A stretch of DNA of 64,000 nucleotides from a virus. Below the pieces are notes generated by a model. That model saw only the letters and a list, made by a program, of their open reading frames with translations, made no database searches and was not told the DNA's origin. A program made the position numbers and the translations under genes. Below are positions 51,401 to 59,975 of this stretch, one piece after another; positions within the stretch are counted from its first letter, which is position 1, and every line of letters begins with the position of its first letter. The DNA is taken from positions 1 to 64,000 of the IMG/VR virus record IMGVR_UViG_3300048580_000526. One strand, written 5' to 3'.

Positions 51401-54400
51401 CCTCGTCAAACATGGTTCAAGACTGAAGCTGACAACTCACCATCACGTATGGCAAGAAAAGTGTTAGTCCAAAAATTGAATTCATCGTTTATGGACAGGA
51501 CAACACCATTTGTGGATGACTATGCAGATTTCGTTGAATCGTTAAATGTCAGTTCTCCAATGCCTGCTGCAAGGTTCAAGCCTGTAGTTAGCCAAAACAT
51601 TGCATATACTAACACAACATCTCCTATTACTTTGAAGCCAAGTGTTATTGGGTATTTGTCACTTATAACCATCACAGTGACTACAATGTTCGTCCAAGGT
51701 TCTCCAACAATATCTGTTGGTACAGATGCCAATCCAGAATTGTTTGTTCCAAGATCATCTGTTAATTTAAAAACAACAGGTACTTTTATATTTGGAACAA
51801 AACATCTATTGAATAGTAAAACAGATATTAAAATATTCACAGATTTTAATAACTCTATCGCTGGGGAATTCAAAATTGCAGTGACAACTGTTGAAGCTAA
51901 CCTTGATGGTTATGATTATGTTGTTGGACCAACTAATGATGGGGTTACCGGTAGAGAAGTTCGTGATTTACTTCTTTATAACCCAGGATTAAATGATGGT
52001 GATAGGGTTCTTGTTACCAATGATATTGACGTTGCAGGGTTCTGGTCATTTTGGGAATGGCAAAAACCAGCATCATCAAGTGTTGGAAGTTTTGTGATGC
52101 TTGGCGTACAAACATATAATATTAATGTTGCAAATGATGATTTTATTGGTTATGTTGATTGGTATCGCAATGATTCTACCTACCAAATTACTTCTAACAG
52201 CAAACCATTATTTTATTTTGATACCATTGAGGATATGGCTGCTGCAATTGATACTTGGCAAGAAGGTTCATTGGTCGCTGTTAATAATGTTGATGGGCGT
52301 TGGTCTTGGTATATTAGAAGTGTGACTACTATAACACTTGATTTGACTACTGGTTGGGTTCTTGTTGCAAGACAAAATGGGTCCATTGCATTAAATAGTT
52401 CATTTTATAATAACACAACAGTGTTCGCCCCAAAATTTAAAACATTTAGTGAATGGACGATTGATTATGATACTATTGTGGCAAGAGATGGTAGTAATGA
52501 AATAGTTGAGTTGTTGGATATATTACAAACAAGAACAGATGAAGAATTTAAATTATTCCAAAACCAATTATTCTTTACAATGGTGAAATTTGTATTGTCT
52601 CAACAACACTTGGTAGATTGGATATTCAAAACATCCTACATTTACATTACAGGGTTGAATCAACAACTTGAACAAAATCCAGTCGTTATACCAGACAACA
52701 CAGAAAGCATTCTTGATTATATCAAGGAAGTGAAACCATATCACACCAAGATCAGGGAATTCATTCGTTCATTGGCTACTCCACTTGAGGTCAACACCTA
52801 TATTGCCACAGACTTTGATAATCCTTCCACTTGGGATGCACCATTGCTTGACAGCACATTCTTGGGAACCTATCGCTTGGCAAATCCATCTGATTCTGAC
52901 GCAGCGACTGCTGACGATATTGGACCATATGACGAGAAGACTGTTGCTGGACAAACTGGTTTGACAACGAAGCGACCATGGAACGAATGGTGGGCTGCAT
53001 ATTCTGGTAGTGTATCTTTGGCAAACGACGCTACTGGTATGAGAATTGATTATAAAAATAATGACAACAGATCACCAAACACAGAGCACTGGAAATATTT
53101 GAACACTGTCCGCACCTATAACATGGAGATGACATTTGATAGGGTCCAGACTGACCTTGACACATTGATGGCAAAACCATTTGACCAATGGACCACAGCA
53201 GATCACACTTTATTAGCCAACTCTGGTGTAGTGGCAAAAATGTTTGCCCAATACTCTGATTTCCAAGAAAACTGGGTATATTACAAATCCCTAATAAGCG
53301 GTTCACAATTCAGAGGCACTGTAATGGAAGGTGGTGAATTGTTGAATTATGACATTATCGACTTTGAAAACAATCAATGGGATACTCGTCCATGGTCTGT
53401 TTACAATTGGGACGAAACCCAATATAGCGATTCATACCCAACAACCCAAATCAAAAAATTGGTTTTCTCTTATACAGATTTCACAACCCCAATTACGGGT
53501 GTCCCATCAGGGAAGGGAACATGGTATAAGAAACGTATCACAAAAGATTTCGTTGGTATCGTTACAGACGTTATATTCTTGGTTGGTACAGGATTTAAGA
53601 ACGTCCCATTCCAACAAATCACATCATACGTTGGAACCGACGCTGCATTTGATTATTTGGTAGGAAATTCCACAACATCTTCTGATTTTGCGTTTGAAAA
53701 CCAAGATTTGACATTTAGTGGGACATTTGTTCACCCAACTTTCACAGAAATCAACACCAAGCAGGATTTGAACCTTTATGTTCGTCTTGAAGGCACTCCA
53801 ACAGCTGGTGAAGGTTTTGTGGTTGTGAAGTCGGCAGATAAAGTCCAGCATTTAACCTATACAGTTGAGATTGATGGTGCCTCTGGGCAATCTGGTTCAA
53901 AGATGTTGGTAGCCCATTCCATTGGAAACATTTCGACTGTTAAAGTTACAGTTTTGGAACCATTTAGCGCCACAGAAATTCCAAATCTTTCTGTGTCTGT
54001 TGGAACACCATACAACCATTCGTCAATATTGGATTCAAGTTTGGTTAATTTATCAAATTATAAACAACCAGTGGGCACGTCCTATCCAGGTGAAGTGGTT
54101 TACTCCATTGCACAACACAATAGAACACCTGTTAATTTGAACGTATATTATGACTTCCTTCAAGCAACGGCAGGTAAGATTAAAGTTGAAATTAACATTG
54201 ATACTGTAAAACAAAAATTGTCCGCCGCAGGTCCACTTGAACCTTATTATGATTTGGGTGTTAGTGGTGGGACTTTAGAAGGGATTGCCAAGGGTGTTAT
54301 TGAGCCAGCATATGACCCATTAACTGATAATGATCCAAACATTCTTATTGAAGGTGGAAGATTTATCCAACCATATATTGAGCAAGATCGTCCAGAAGAA

Positions 54401-57400
54401 TTGGTTCGTTCATTTGTGAATGATATAGCTGCAGTAACTGTTAATACAAACAGTTCTTTTGGATCGCCAATGATCCATATGCAAAGATTTAAAGGAACAG
54501 GTTCACCAGGACCATTTAATATTTTCTCTATAGGACAAAGTATTAGTGCTATCATTGTTCATAAAAACAATAAATTATTAATTGAAAGCGAAGATTATAC
54601 TATTGATTGGATTAGTATGACTATTACCTTCTTGGATAGTTCTGTCAATTATGGTTCTATAACCAATCCATCAACAACTGTTGATTATGGTTCTATAACT
54701 GAAGTAGTTACTTCATCTGTTGATTATGGTAACGTTTCTGATATTACAGATTCAGAAAATAATTCAAATAATACCAACTTGAACGATGATTATTTGGTAA
54801 CTACTTTCACTACAGGTGGTGCTCAAGTTCTTCAGGAAGCCACATTTATTGCGCCAACAGATTATGTTTTATCAAATAGCATTATCAACGAAAGCGTTTG
54901 GGCTAACACTGGGGTAAATAAAAATGCAATAATGGTAACTGTCAACGGTTATATCCCAAGCAGTTTTGATTTTGATATTATTGAAAATAAAGTTATCGGT
55001 ATCGTCCCAGAACCAAATATTGGTGATAGGGTCCAAGTAACATTATTTGATTCTGATGTTTATAGTGTGGTTAGGGTTGAAAATTTCATTGTTGGTTCTG
55101 ATCCAGTTGTGTATCCATATGATTTGAATTTGTCATGGCATCAACAATCCACTACCCCTGCAAGTTCAGCTATCTTGGTTTATAATAATGGTTATAGATT
55201 ATTGCCACCTGATGTTGAATATTTTGATGGTAATGGTGTGAATAATATATTTGTCATCCCAGCCCCAAAAACATTAACCAACCTTACAGCAATCATCAAT
55301 GGTGTGACCACCACAGATTATAAAATCCGCCCATTTAGTGACGTTACCATTAATCTATTATACACCATTACAATAAGTGGTGCTGATTATTTGGCAAATG
55401 GATATGTTGAAATACCATTCACCAGTATAACAGGTTCTGTGTGGGACATTGCAAAAGAAATTCCAAAAGATGCATTGTTTATTATTAAAAATAATCAAGT
55501 AATGCAGGATAGAGTTGTTGAGCACGGTAATAGGGTTCGTTTGATTAGATTTGATGAACAACCAATTGCATCAGATACTATCACTATTGAAGTTTATGAT
55601 TCGTTTGTTTATCGCTTACCAACATTTGTGAAAGATGGTATCCATTATGACTTTACAAGTTTGACCGCTAATTATACCTTTGAATCCAATATTCAAACAT
55701 CAGACCAATTATATGTTTATGTTGATGGGATTGTTGTTTATAATTATTTTATATCAACACCAAATATTCAAACACCAAGTATTAGAAAGTTAACATTCTT
55801 TGCCACAGATTCTTCTTGGGATATGGATAATATTGGTATTGATGCTTCGACTTGGGATGGTTTTGCTTCTTTTATGCCAGGAAAATCAATTCCAACAGCA
55901 GTTAATACTGTTAAAATTGTTGTTCTTGATACAAAGTTAAATAATCATGATGTTGAAATAGTATTTGACGTAATCCCACCAATGAAGTCGTTGATTGAAG
56001 TTACAATTATGGAGAATTATGATTATATCGTTAATGGTGATATTGTAGAAATACAATCACAAGTTCAACTAACAGAAAAAGATGAGCTACAAGTAATTTC
56101 ATTCTCTGAAGATTCATCATTTGGTATAAGGACAGAAATTTTTGAAGGAACAGTCGATTCCACTTATGATTTGAGTCAAATGCCATATAGCTCCAACGCA
56201 ATTTGGGCTACAGTTGATCGTTTTGACATGAATAATCCTACAGACCCAACCAAAGGTATGGATCAATATCAAACCAAAGACTTTAAAGTATCATATAAAA
56301 TGGTTGACGAAGGTAATGGTGTGACTAAAGAAGTTGCAGAAGTAAAATTCGGAATACCACATGCAAGATTATTTAATATTGGTTTGGGGTGGTCAATAAA
56401 TCCTGGTTCTGAATTAGGAATGGACCAACAATACACTTGGGACAAGAAACCATGGGAAGACCCAAATTATACATTTGAACCAGATTCAAGCAAGACAGTT
56501 GGGCAAACAATTCCAGAACCAGCAGGATTAGTTTATGAACATGGTTGGGAAATGGATGCATGGGAAGGTGGGTCATCAATTGAGCGTGATAGAGTTTGGA
56601 TCACATCATTCTCTGGTACACCAAACGTTCCAGCGGTGTCGTTTAGATTGTTTAAGACAAATAACGGTACTTGGGAACATATTAGAATATCAGATTCTTA
56701 TAAGACATATTTGAATAAACCAATTTATACAGCATCAAGGACTATTGAATTGGTAGCCAATCCTGAAATTCCTGTATCAAACATCCCAGTTGATTTATTA
56801 GATATTCCTGCTAATAAACCAGGTGTTATTTGGATTGAAAATGAGCGTATTGAATATAAGAACATGAGTATGTCAATGGTGAACAACCGTCCTGTGTATA
56901 CATTATCAAATATCACCAGAGGATCGTTGGGAACCCCATCAATGCAATATTTGCGTTATGATAGACAGCATTATTATGGTGATGGATTGAATAAAGTGTT
57001 TATTATTGACCAAAACATTAAAAATAATTTTGATAATTTGGCATTTATAAAATACCAATACATCGTTGATAAAATTGTTGATGGGTTTACCTATTATAAA
57101 ATATATAAAGAAACACGTTTGGAATCAACTGATTATACAATTTATAGAGAAGCTGGTGTATGGTATGTTAAATTTAATACAGCCCTTCCACAAGCTGTTA
57201 TTGCCAATCAAGAACCATTCTACCCAATTTATAATGTTAATTCTTATTCTTGGGATAGTAATGTTATATGGGGTAATGATGTTTGGGATCAAACTGGCAC
57301 AATACCAAATCCAAATCCAACACCACAACCAACAATTGTGAATACTTATTACCCAACTGTTGTGATGGTAGGATTTAATAACGAAGCTACTTATATAAAC

Positions 57401-57550
57401 GACGTTTTACAATATGAAGAAGGGACTATGGCAATTAACGGGGCACATATTATTCCTGGTGGCTATCATTTTGAAGTGAACCCATCTGGTATTCAACGTA
57501 GTGAGTCCGAAATAGCTAAATATTTAATTGCCGAACCTGGAACATTTTGA
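42482..57550 (+). CDS. Giant 5022-aa baseplate/virion structural protein (gp7 position)
   Basis: Continuous ORF coupled to gp6; YIKEVKPYHTKIRE, GVIWIENERIEY..RGSLGT; repeated beta-sandwich and FxGDG modules. Confidence 0.8.
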   Translation: MANNEQLFIYADIIQVPDKRKMIKQLPGVVQTQTLQNFFSATVDHLFQPVQSERVAGYIGQKPSYYDPSKDFYVPELSQERSIYQLEPCATTKNGNSITNAIFFADLLQALRSEGANITNQNRLFEQDYYSWCPPINLDMLINYSQYYWLENGPEPILVKTATDIDTQLVGKTAPDAADLTFGDSGSVKITSGMRIILLNDSNPAYNGKTISIEGVGKSIFIVEFNETDLNSTPWDLFPWDRFDWDLSTLTSSDYIIMERGCKDTNSWARNNHWYHKDVLLASNTSLFTNINKQASRPIICFERNLELYNYGDFRRSSVDLIDVDSQSMDPFNNFHPPQGERWVLLQVDGTLQFINENNGISYQEQIRTLKAQYPEQPEKVQIIKNGSTILFTAIIDSDVKNNKPYLVKIDNPVSTSSVNSWDSEPLDIDVWEESDPDISLSYSEIITGFLRFTPVTDSQDGTAGPNIGDIIKIKFGEYQGKEMWFDGHNWIIAQEKKDVNQEPLFTLYDANPNGNVGVRLDDETRYPGSSFKGNKIFGFLLNTDNRTVTDQYIGKKLTYNEWGEIKYQDFLDIVTDNDLVNTRYTYTKSKYNNQPISGYYFWKIKSDEFYGNNWWTVNETSKQFIVDNFIVTSDQPIINKQTFIGDGVTSSFILNHNVPTKDYLRVVVKDSTTNTNIFYKMDDNSNKVEFYDIPSVGQVITFYHYSKPKSNLEFIISQEPDVNLLLNKQDNLMVYINGKVATPGEHYLLVNQREFDATTPISKIAILQTTDSTNISIMKNTNITVKSYSPLTPDLDINGHYEIPNNLAINPDWSEVSYITSDQFLPQFSAIIKNQPNFSGIEYEANNWRDTIQDRSLGRTIIQHTSPLLRLMISNANDDLDYMKSSRFVETEYTRFKNKFLQKLTKFWIKDFIHVDITSTTEAQRKIVKKAAIDSIMKEINLGKVYKVSPFSYSNMAGMNWFIPPTPSFLGLFPTFKPEKYVDDTYLTPIEVIQCHDGSLLKTFGDYRDEIILELETLIYESIPLKFRDGNPHNAFQYKRYFPGKFRTQLSEYTREEINTISQPMFERWVSENQQSYRPHTGFDYTNLWTYNWSTSTDNLGNPVPGHWRGIFNWFFDTDRPHTHPWEMLGFSESPDWWETYYGPVPYTRGNMNLWEDLEKGIIREGSRAGIDPYYARPGLLNILPVDEYGHLIDPWTAGMLRRKPNYSEAEADWVYGDGSPVETKWKKTSQFPFAMSQIGYLIKPARWMEQCWNPLDDEFIYDQKQLIRKSTLNRSSHSKFTVHGETYNGQLVINYGYQQWITDRLLSNNKSPGSNFGDVIRALGVQLGYKVGGFCNPYTFYADNILGSLPAENINQFLYRSPSVREEIYSGVIIEWTGRSYKVSGYDSINPVFKIIPSDVFGKKVSHDVGGTVTIQPPEWQQGILYNVGDTVMFNYTYYKAIKTNQSTTYFDPTVWVETTLSASLSGTTVFEYLEPIYDRRIETIPYGYEFSSRQDTFDFLVSYQRYLISRGWAFDDIDETTTNEKIDWILSGRLFVQWSLERDKNVGTFIKLSPYAIHAQYKSSFGSIQSIEQVLNGVYSLLDENGFIIEPHDIISMRSDDVMDINLLLNDRSLSSVRLFVSEIEHVILFDNVTVFNDLIFDPLFNQRQVRLKVDGTRTLAWNGRIDAPGYIISDNLIYPNFEKTAKDFLRLYGIEDVVDNVELQNRARHLIGYQERPYLQNLLLSPTTNFQFYQGMIHAKGSRGSMTKLFRSEYVSESRDFKIFEEWAFKLGDYGAIDTNPTMEFYLDPLNGKQITEDPQLVTFNELQNSSSLPAEPSDLDDRYDNIISLYDYFEDGKLVTPDKRWLRRPNGIGNLWEKRDFGFYASDIPNAGPIKLDEVDYFITNTTELLKFSTNLRVDKNKSLTDGERLWIYDTGCGDWSVYRVTGVTSNSASVTSVSLNASIDQDSLCGLDVSTVTLIPNQKMDLTSVHSLVDGQYFVVVEQPKYPLGQYESLLGTYKAEIGTHGTMIYYSSPNTISNTWTDGTGPQIFSYMPMRYPTLNSVTGINPNTGWKSKNNNYIFELNSNVLAVDSNGHYIGSLKLIDSSKINSTTILGVSLELVTPTNNIHNEAFTVEIGNVFKNNYYTFTTPSLVSNDLVQSFTLNDNIAGTGLRQIIIGSTPHNFNAKYKIGTQIVGKISNIQVDITHAFAQTVNPVTFSIGTLADPNKYIVSGSVNITVINTVVFDTLHEIYEPEDIYVFYDLGNIPDQLGSMNVAITYKNEIDYTTNVLYTTNDDLMMYYNFGTILPSDNAMGTFRVHITIKEDNSDIIWVDDARTSYEIQKSITPYWASYIPAMMETTISYNDQKYFNGNKFLTASTPRNLFNNEDRLINKQITRIEVEVQEAFTNTSTVFNGSFDYSDLGSANTTVINGQSWMYNEINLVGETSNAMDGVVTDLQITIASQGSFVRPTTIKLFTPNTSYAAGALICQNGLIEKARVSFTSGATYNQSDWIQMPKLQMMIGTMSNPNIVLNENIIDLATANVTDIPMKVEVISPNVGSPEALYVFYNFNQYNINTSNTSAVTISGTIKSFVKIGHMSGNNFGFAPIVLTDELKTTGVYTYAPKYYYDSLLKTNNLQIGIVGHDTSTGKIIVRVTTWDQTWVQDRVEIKKISPNQIESALLYNIETDRIERYLTYYDLYKGIVPGNANREIYYRTLTDPAKYTHGTGLSDKNIDPEQAWGMPELGRVWWDLSTTRALEYEIGDDLQYSWKNWGKTVPNSTIDIYEWVRSPVAPKALAAGNSSFNASSYSGQLDGIVKDADNPFWVESKEFDKTVGTFKTFYYFWMKNKNTVPAVPFRNVSVSQVAAMISNPSGQDIPWFAPINENSILLGSLKQYYTNGNIVLQINWKTGTNDGNIHRQWVLLRENDPMSQIDTRLWNKMRDSLTGWDSYSETVVNLDGSHSVVSTPKQVPEPNLTIVQKYGTLYRPRQTWFKTEADNSPSRMARKVLVQKLNSSFMDRTTPFVDDYADFVESLNVSSPMPAARFKPVVSQNIAYTNTTSPITLKPSVIGYLSLITITVTTMFVQGSPTISVGTDANPELFVPRSSVNLKTTGTFIFGTKHLLNSKTDIKIFTDFNNSIAGEFKIAVTTVEANLDGYDYVVGPTNDGVTGREVRDLLLYNPGLNDGDRVLVTNDIDVAGFWSFWEWQKPASSSVGSFVMLGVQTYNINVANDDFIGYVDWYRNDSTYQITSNSKPLFYFDTIEDMAAAIDTWQEGSLVAVNNVDGRWSWYIRSVTTITLDLTTGWVLVARQNGSIALNSSFYNNTTVFAPKFKTFSEWTIDYDTIVARDGSNEIVELLDILQTRTDEEFKLFQNQLFFTMVKFVLSQQHLVDWIFKTSYIYITGLNQQLEQNPVVIPDNTESILDYIKEVKPYHTKIREFIRSLATPLEVNTYIATDFDNPSTWDAPLLDSTFLGTYRLANPSDSDAATADDIGPYDEKTVAGQTGLTTKRPWNEWWAAYSGSVSLANDATGMRIDYKNNDNRSPNTEHWKYLNTVRTYNMEMTFDRVQTDLDTLMAKPFDQWTTADHTLLANSGVVAKMFAQYSDFQENWVYYKSLISGSQFRGTVMEGGELLNYDIIDFENNQWDTRPWSVYNWDETQYSDSYPTTQIKKLVFSYTDFTTPITGVPSGKGTWYKKRITKDFVGIVTDVIFLVGTGFKNVPFQQITSYVGTDAAFDYLVGNSTTSSDFAFENQDLTFSGTFVHPTFTEINTKQDLNLYVRLEGTPTAGEGFVVVKSADKVQHLTYTVEIDGASGQSGSKMLVAHSIGNISTVKVTVLEPFSATEIPNLSVSVGTPYNHSSILDSSLVNLSNYKQPVGTSYPGEVVYSIAQHNRTPVNLNVYYDFLQATAGKIKVEINIDTVKQKLSAAGPLEPYYDLGVSGGTLEGIAKGVIEPAYDPLTDNDPNILIEGGRFIQPYIEQDRPEELVRSFVNDIAAVTVNTNSSFGSPMIHMQRFKGTGSPGPFNIFSIGQSISAIIVHKNNKLLIESEDYTIDWISMTITFLDSSVNYGSITNPSTTVDYGSITEVVTSSVDYGNVSDITDSENNSNNTNLNDDYLVTTFTTGGAQVLQEATFIAPTDYVLSNSIINESVWANTGVNKNAIMVTVNGYIPSSFDFDIIENKVIGIVPEPNIGDRVQVTLFDSDVYSVVRVENFIVGSDPVVYPYDLNLSWHQQSTTPASSAILVYNNGYRLLPPDVEYFDGNGVNNIFVIPAPKTLTNLTAIINGVTTTDYKIRPFSDVTINLLYTITISGADYLANGYVEIPFTSITGSVWDIAKEIPKDALFIIKNNQVMQDRVVEHGNRVRLIRFDEQPIASDTITIEVYDSFVYRLPTFVKDGIHYDFTSLTANYTFESNIQTSDQLYVYVDGIVVYNYFISTPNIQTPSIRKLTFFATDSSWDMDNIGIDASTWDGFASFMPGKSIPTAVNTVKIVVLDTKLNNHDVEIVFDVIPPMKSLIEVTIMENYDYIVNGDIVEIQSQVQLTEKDELQVISFSEDSSFGIRTEIFEGTVDSTYDLSQMPYSSNAIWATVDRFDMNNPTDPTKGMDQYQTKDFKVSYKMVDEGNGVTKEVAEVKFGIPHARLFNIGLGWSINPGSELGMDQQYTWDKKPWEDPNYTFEPDSSKTVGQTIPEPAGLVYEHGWEMDAWEGGSSIERDRVWITSFSGTPNVPAVSFRLFKTNNGTWEHIRISDSYKTYLNKPIYTASRTIELVANPEIPVSNIPVDLLDIPANKPGVIWIENERIEYKNMSMSMVNNRPVYTLSNITRGSLGTPSMQYLRYDRQHYYGDGLNKVFIIDQNIKNNFDNLAFIKYQYIVDKIVDGFTYYKIYKETRLESTDYTIYREAGVWYVKFNTALPQAVIANQEPFYPIYNVNSYSWDSNVIWGNDVWDQTGTIPNPNPTPQPTIVNTYYPTVVMVGFNNEATYINDVLQYEEGTMAINGAHIIPGGYHFEVNPSGIQRSESEIAKYLIAEPGTF

Positions 57551-57574
57551 TAAATAGGGTAAAGGAGAAAATGA

Positions 57575-57742
57575 ATGAGTGATTTTAATGAACATGCAGG
57601 GGTAAAGGTTACAGATTTTTTGGTACTCACTGACCCTGATACCAGCGAAGTCCTATACAATGGGCGTGGAATGATGACTCGTGAAATTGTTGAACAAATT
57701 AAAAAAGATATGGAGAATAATGATGTTAATACCAGAAAATAA
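57575..57742 (+). CDS. 55-aa small late protein missing from the ORF track
   Basis: MSDFNEHAGVKVTDFLVLTDPDTSEVLYNGRG...; AAGGAG RBS; GATAAATA at 57549-57556. Confidence 0.65.
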   Translation: MSDFNEHAGVKVTDFLVLTDPDTSEVLYNGRGMMTREIVEQIKKDMENNDVNTRK

Positions 57743-58328
57743 AATGGCAGAATTGGCTAAAACGGGCATTATAGGGCATTGTAAAATTACTGATGACCTT
57801 GGAAATGTTTTGGTTGATAAATATAACTCAATTCATTACGAGAACATGTCCATTGCTTTGGCAAAATCGTTAGCCCATAAACCAGATGGCACCATTTATA
57901 CAATGTGGTTTGGTAATGGTGGTGCCACCGTTTCAGGTTCAGGACAAATATCATACCTCCCACCAAGAGTTTCTGGTTCAGGTGCAAATTTATATAATCC
58001 AACATATTATAAAGTTATTGATAATGAAAGTTCATTGAATACGAACATTGATTTAAATAATATGACAATTCAACATACTTCTGGTGCATTATATACAGAT
58101 ATAGTTATAGCTTGTACTTTGGATTTTGGTGAACCAGCATCCCAAGCAGCATTTGATAATGCCACTGATTTAAATGCCACTTATGTTTTTTCTGAAATTG
58201 GATTGAAGACATTCAACACCACACCATCTGAAGGATTGTTGGTGACACATTTGATATTCTCTCCTGTGCAAAAATCTCTAAATAGAAAAATCGCAATTCT
58301 CTATACCATTAGAATACAGAATGGGTAA
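57720..58328 (+). CDS. Virion structural protein (baseplate/fibre attachment)
   Basis: NSIHYENMS, FGNGG, LDFGEP, FSEIGL, THLIFSPVQKSLNR; GGAG RBS before 57720. Confidence 0.75.
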   Translation: MMLIPENKMAELAKTGIIGHCKITDDLGNVLVDKYNSIHYENMSIALAKSLAHKPDGTIYTMWFGNGGATVSGSGQISYLPPRVSGSGANLYNPTYYKVIDNESSLNTNIDLNNMTIQHTSGALYTDIVIACTLDFGEPASQAAFDNATDLNATYVFSEIGLKTFNTTPSEGLLVTHLIFSPVQKSLNRKIAILYTIRIQNG

Positions 58329-58389
58329 TGTTTCTTGAAATTATTTTGTCTATTTAACTGTGTAGTTAATAAACAGTTTCAAAATTGAT

Positions 58390-59643
58390 CTAAACGACCA
58401 CTTTCGCTTTATTGAGCCGAAGGGAGACTGTGGACTTCCCTCTGTCAAGCATAAATTTACTATTATTTATCCCAAGAGTCAATATTTGTTTGGCTCCATG
58501 AATATCTGCATCTTCTTTATGCCCACATTTCCTACAAATGAATAATTCGCCGTTGCGGTTATCCTTTTCGCAGTGCCCACATATTCTACAAGCCTGACTT
58601 GTATATTCAGGATAGATCAGACCCACATGGACTCCATGAGTTTCTGCTTTGTAGATTATGTTTTGATTAATGAATGAATAACTCCAGTGGTGCTTATTAA
58701 ATCCGTTGGAGTATTTTCCATTATTTACTTTCATATATTTTAAATTTTCCAAATATATCTGATTAACATTATTCCAATCAATATCATGATTTAGACTATA
58801 ACCTATTTGGTTATTCATAAATTTCTTTATATCATTTATATTTTTACTATAATATCCTATTTGTTTTGTTTTATTATGTTTCTTATTATAATTTGTTCTA
58901 TTCAGAGCCATGGCTTTAAATTTGGTATTTAATTTAGCGATCAATTCAGTTAATAATAATCCATTTTTATGGGTCGTTTCCACTTTTCCGTCTGATACAG
59001 AGATACATTTGTTCATCCCAATATCAATACCCAAAACACCTGTATTGGAGTTATAAGTTAATTCTTTTTTAAAATATAAATCAATGCTACCATTTGGTCT
59101 AATCCTGATACTTTTGGTATTCAATGAATATCCTTGTTGGATTAAATTATTATGATATCTGGACAATTTAATCGGTATAGTGATTTTTGGTTCTCTGGGC
59201 ATTTTAATATGGATATAATGACTAAAAAATTTAGAGGTAGATACTTGTATTTCAACAGTTCGTTGGTCTAAATCAATCCCTCCTGTAAATTTTGGTGGAA
59301 CCCATGTTGGGTCATTCAACGCTTTTAATAATTCAGTTTGGTATTTTGTTGGTGATTGATTTTTTAATGCCTTTTCTGCTTTATTAACTATTGACCTTGT
59401 AACTGATGATGCTGTTTTTGTCAAACATTGAGTTAATATTGCAGAAGCTGATTTAATTTGGTCTGTAATATGTTTTGGTGGAAATTGTTGTATTTCGTTG
59501 GTGGCTTTATAATCATTAAATAATAATTCTATTGATTGATTGATAATTGGTTGGTTGATGGAAACGAAAGATATTAAATATTTCACCTTTTGTTTATTTG
59601 CGTGTTTCAAATTAATATTGGCTGTTCTATTTAATATCTTCAT
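58390..59643 (-). mobile_element. tnpB: TnpB/Cas12f-like RNA-guided nuclease gene without transposase (strand corrected to -)
   Basis: RuvC-I LGIDIG, RuvC-II LENL, zinc finger TSQACRICG..CRKCG, RuvC-III DAD; CAT at 59641-59643, CTA at 58390-58392. Confidence 0.88.
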
Positions 59644-59658
59644 TTCTTTATTATACTC

Positions 59659-59838
59659 TTATTTGTCTTCGTTGTCCAATTCATTTATGGTTTGTTCTAA
59701 TTTCAACTCTATTTTTTTACTATCAAGCCAGAATTCATAAATCATCGAAAGGTCGTCGCCATATTTTTTTGACCTTTCCCTATAATATTCTAAATTCTCT
59801 AATAATTGTTTTTTAATTTGTTCGTTATGATTTGACAT
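59659..59838 (-). CDS. 59-aa hypothetical protein directly upstream of tnpB
   Basis: AGGAGG RBS before MSNHNEQ. Confidence 0.65.
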   Translation of the reverse strand: MSNHNEQIKKQLLENLEYYRERSKKYGDDLSMIYEFWLDSKKIELKLEQTINELDNEDK

Positions 59839-59855
59839 AATATGTCCTCCTATTG

Positions 59856-59955
59856 TATAAATATAATTGTATAAGAAAGAAACGCGGATTAACTCCTGTT
59901 GTTCGCTGAAATGGAGGTTAAGCACTCCATTTCCTTTCTTATATATTTATTTATC
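59856..59955. promoter_or_regulatory. Three-way-junction element bounded by convergent late boxes
   Basis: TATAAATA(+) 59856-59863; outer stem 59870-59879/59934-59943; inner stem 59908-59916/59925-59933; GATAAATA(-) 59948-59955. Confidence 0.7.
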
Positions 59956-59975
59956 AATTTTCGCAAAAAAGTGCC

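Noticed and set aside
58390-59643. ORF track strand label '+'
   Set aside because: TnpB reads from the reverse complement (CAT at 59641-59643, CTA at 58390-58392).
59870-59943. Hammerhead ribozyme or purine riboswitch
   Set aside because: Three-way topology, but no correctly placed CUGANGA core or purine-riboswitch junction nucleotides on either strand.
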